Shown here one piece after another: positions 23,477 to 24,000 of a DNA stretch of 24,000 bases. Source of the DNA: Terriglobales bacterium (GTDB taxonomy: Bacteria; Acidobacteriota; Terriglobia; Terriglobales; Acidobacteriaceae); assembly GCA_035604895.1 (NCBI GenBank), contig DATNHO010000037.1, positions 1 through 24,000 on the forward strand, read 5' to 3'. How positions within the stretch are numbered: position 1 is the first letter of the stretch; every line of letters begins with the position of its first letter. The notes under the pieces were generated by a model. That model had not been told where the DNA came from and made no database searches. It saw only the letters and a program-made list of their open reading frames with translations. Position numbers and translations under genes: made by a program.

Positions 23477-23989
23477 TCAGCGAACTTGCAGGCTATCTAA
23501 CACGTGCTCGAAGGTCGGCAGCAAGGCTTCAAAGTCCGCCTCGGGAGCGACAAACACCGTGTACAGCAAGACGTGCGAGCGGCCCAGCAACGCAATCAGG
23601 CGCACGCGCTCGCGCAGTGGATGACCGTTTTCCTGCACTGCTGATTTGCCAAACCAATCCAGTTTCCTGGCGTCTCTGCCATGCAGTGTAAAAGCCAGTG
23701 GGCTATTGGCTATCTGAAGATCAGAATTGGCTTGTTCGATATCGGCCATCAGCTCGAGGAGACCGTCATCCAGTTCCTGGCTGCTTTTGCCTTTCGGTTG
23801 GAAACCGCTGATCATCAGCCCGTAGGCGAGAGTGCCGTTCAAATATCCTCCCTCAGGATAGATGGTTACGCTTGTCGAGTCAGCATCGCCGTCGATTCGC
23901 CAGTTCTCCGGATAGCGAAGCGCGTAGGCCACGTGCTGAAAGTCGCGGAAGTTGGAGCTGGCAATGTTCTGCATCGACAATCTAGACAT
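23477..23989 (-). CDS. Hypothetical protein (possibly 5'-truncated by the window edge)
   Basis: 170-aa ORF with coding-like composition. The frame stays open from 23989 to the window end, so the true start may lie outside. I recognise no family with confidence. Confidence 0.65.
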   Translation of the reverse strand: MSRLSMQNIASSNFRDFQHVAYALRYPENWRIDGDADSTSVTIYPEGGYLNGTLAYGLMISGFQPKGKSSQELDDGLLELMADIEQANSDLQIANSPLAFTLHGRDARKLDWFGKSAVQENGHPLRERVRLIALLGRSHVLLYTVFVAPEADFEALLPTFEHVLDSLQVR

Positions 23990-24000
23990 GAGGGCGGGCT

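Noticed and set aside
1-24000. Scanned for CRISPR arrays, tRNA or rRNA genes, transposases, integrases, reverse transcriptases and large defence-type ATPases or nucleases.
   Set aside because: None was found. Apart from the three TA modules, nothing in the window resembles a known mobile or defence island.

Overview
This is a GC-rich, mostly housekeeping chromosomal window. The gene content (GloVer-repeat secreted protein, tonB-exbB-exbD-exbD-TPR cluster, enlarged SecF) suggests an Acidobacteriota-like soil bacterium, but that is inference only. In order, the window holds: secD (5' truncated) and secF, split by a palindromic MITE/REP-like insert; a TonB/ExbB/ExbD/ExbD/TPR-lipoprotein energy-transduction cluster ending in an A/T-rich tandem repeat; a small zinc-ribbon ORF and a membrane-anchored protein; a seven-repeat Cys-rich GloVer protein; a large Pro/Ala-rich secreted protein; bcp; an AAG/Mpg-type glycosylase; panB-lipoprotein-panC; two adjacent type II toxin-antitoxin operons (AbrB/PIN, then Xre-DUF2384/RES); a deoxynucleoside kinase; a polysaccharide deacetylase; hemL; a CsoR/RcnR-family regulator divergent from a small Met/His/Cys-rich ORF and an OprB-like porin; a third AbrB/PIN pair; a DUF427 protein; a DDAH/amidinotransferase-fold enzyme; and one hypothetical gene. 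I saw no rRNA, tRNA, CRISPR, transposase, integrase or phage genes. I did not find an unambiguous new multi-gene system. The best non-textbook candidates are (i) the CsoR-like regulator, G6 operator, 67-aa ORF and porin module at 19.0-21.4 kb, (ii) the tandem TA island, whose start codons appear leaderless, and (iii) the GATC-bearing 'DQPK-stop' tandem repeat at 6.34-6.44 kb. All functional calls come from reading the translated ORFs and recalling family motifs. No searches were run.
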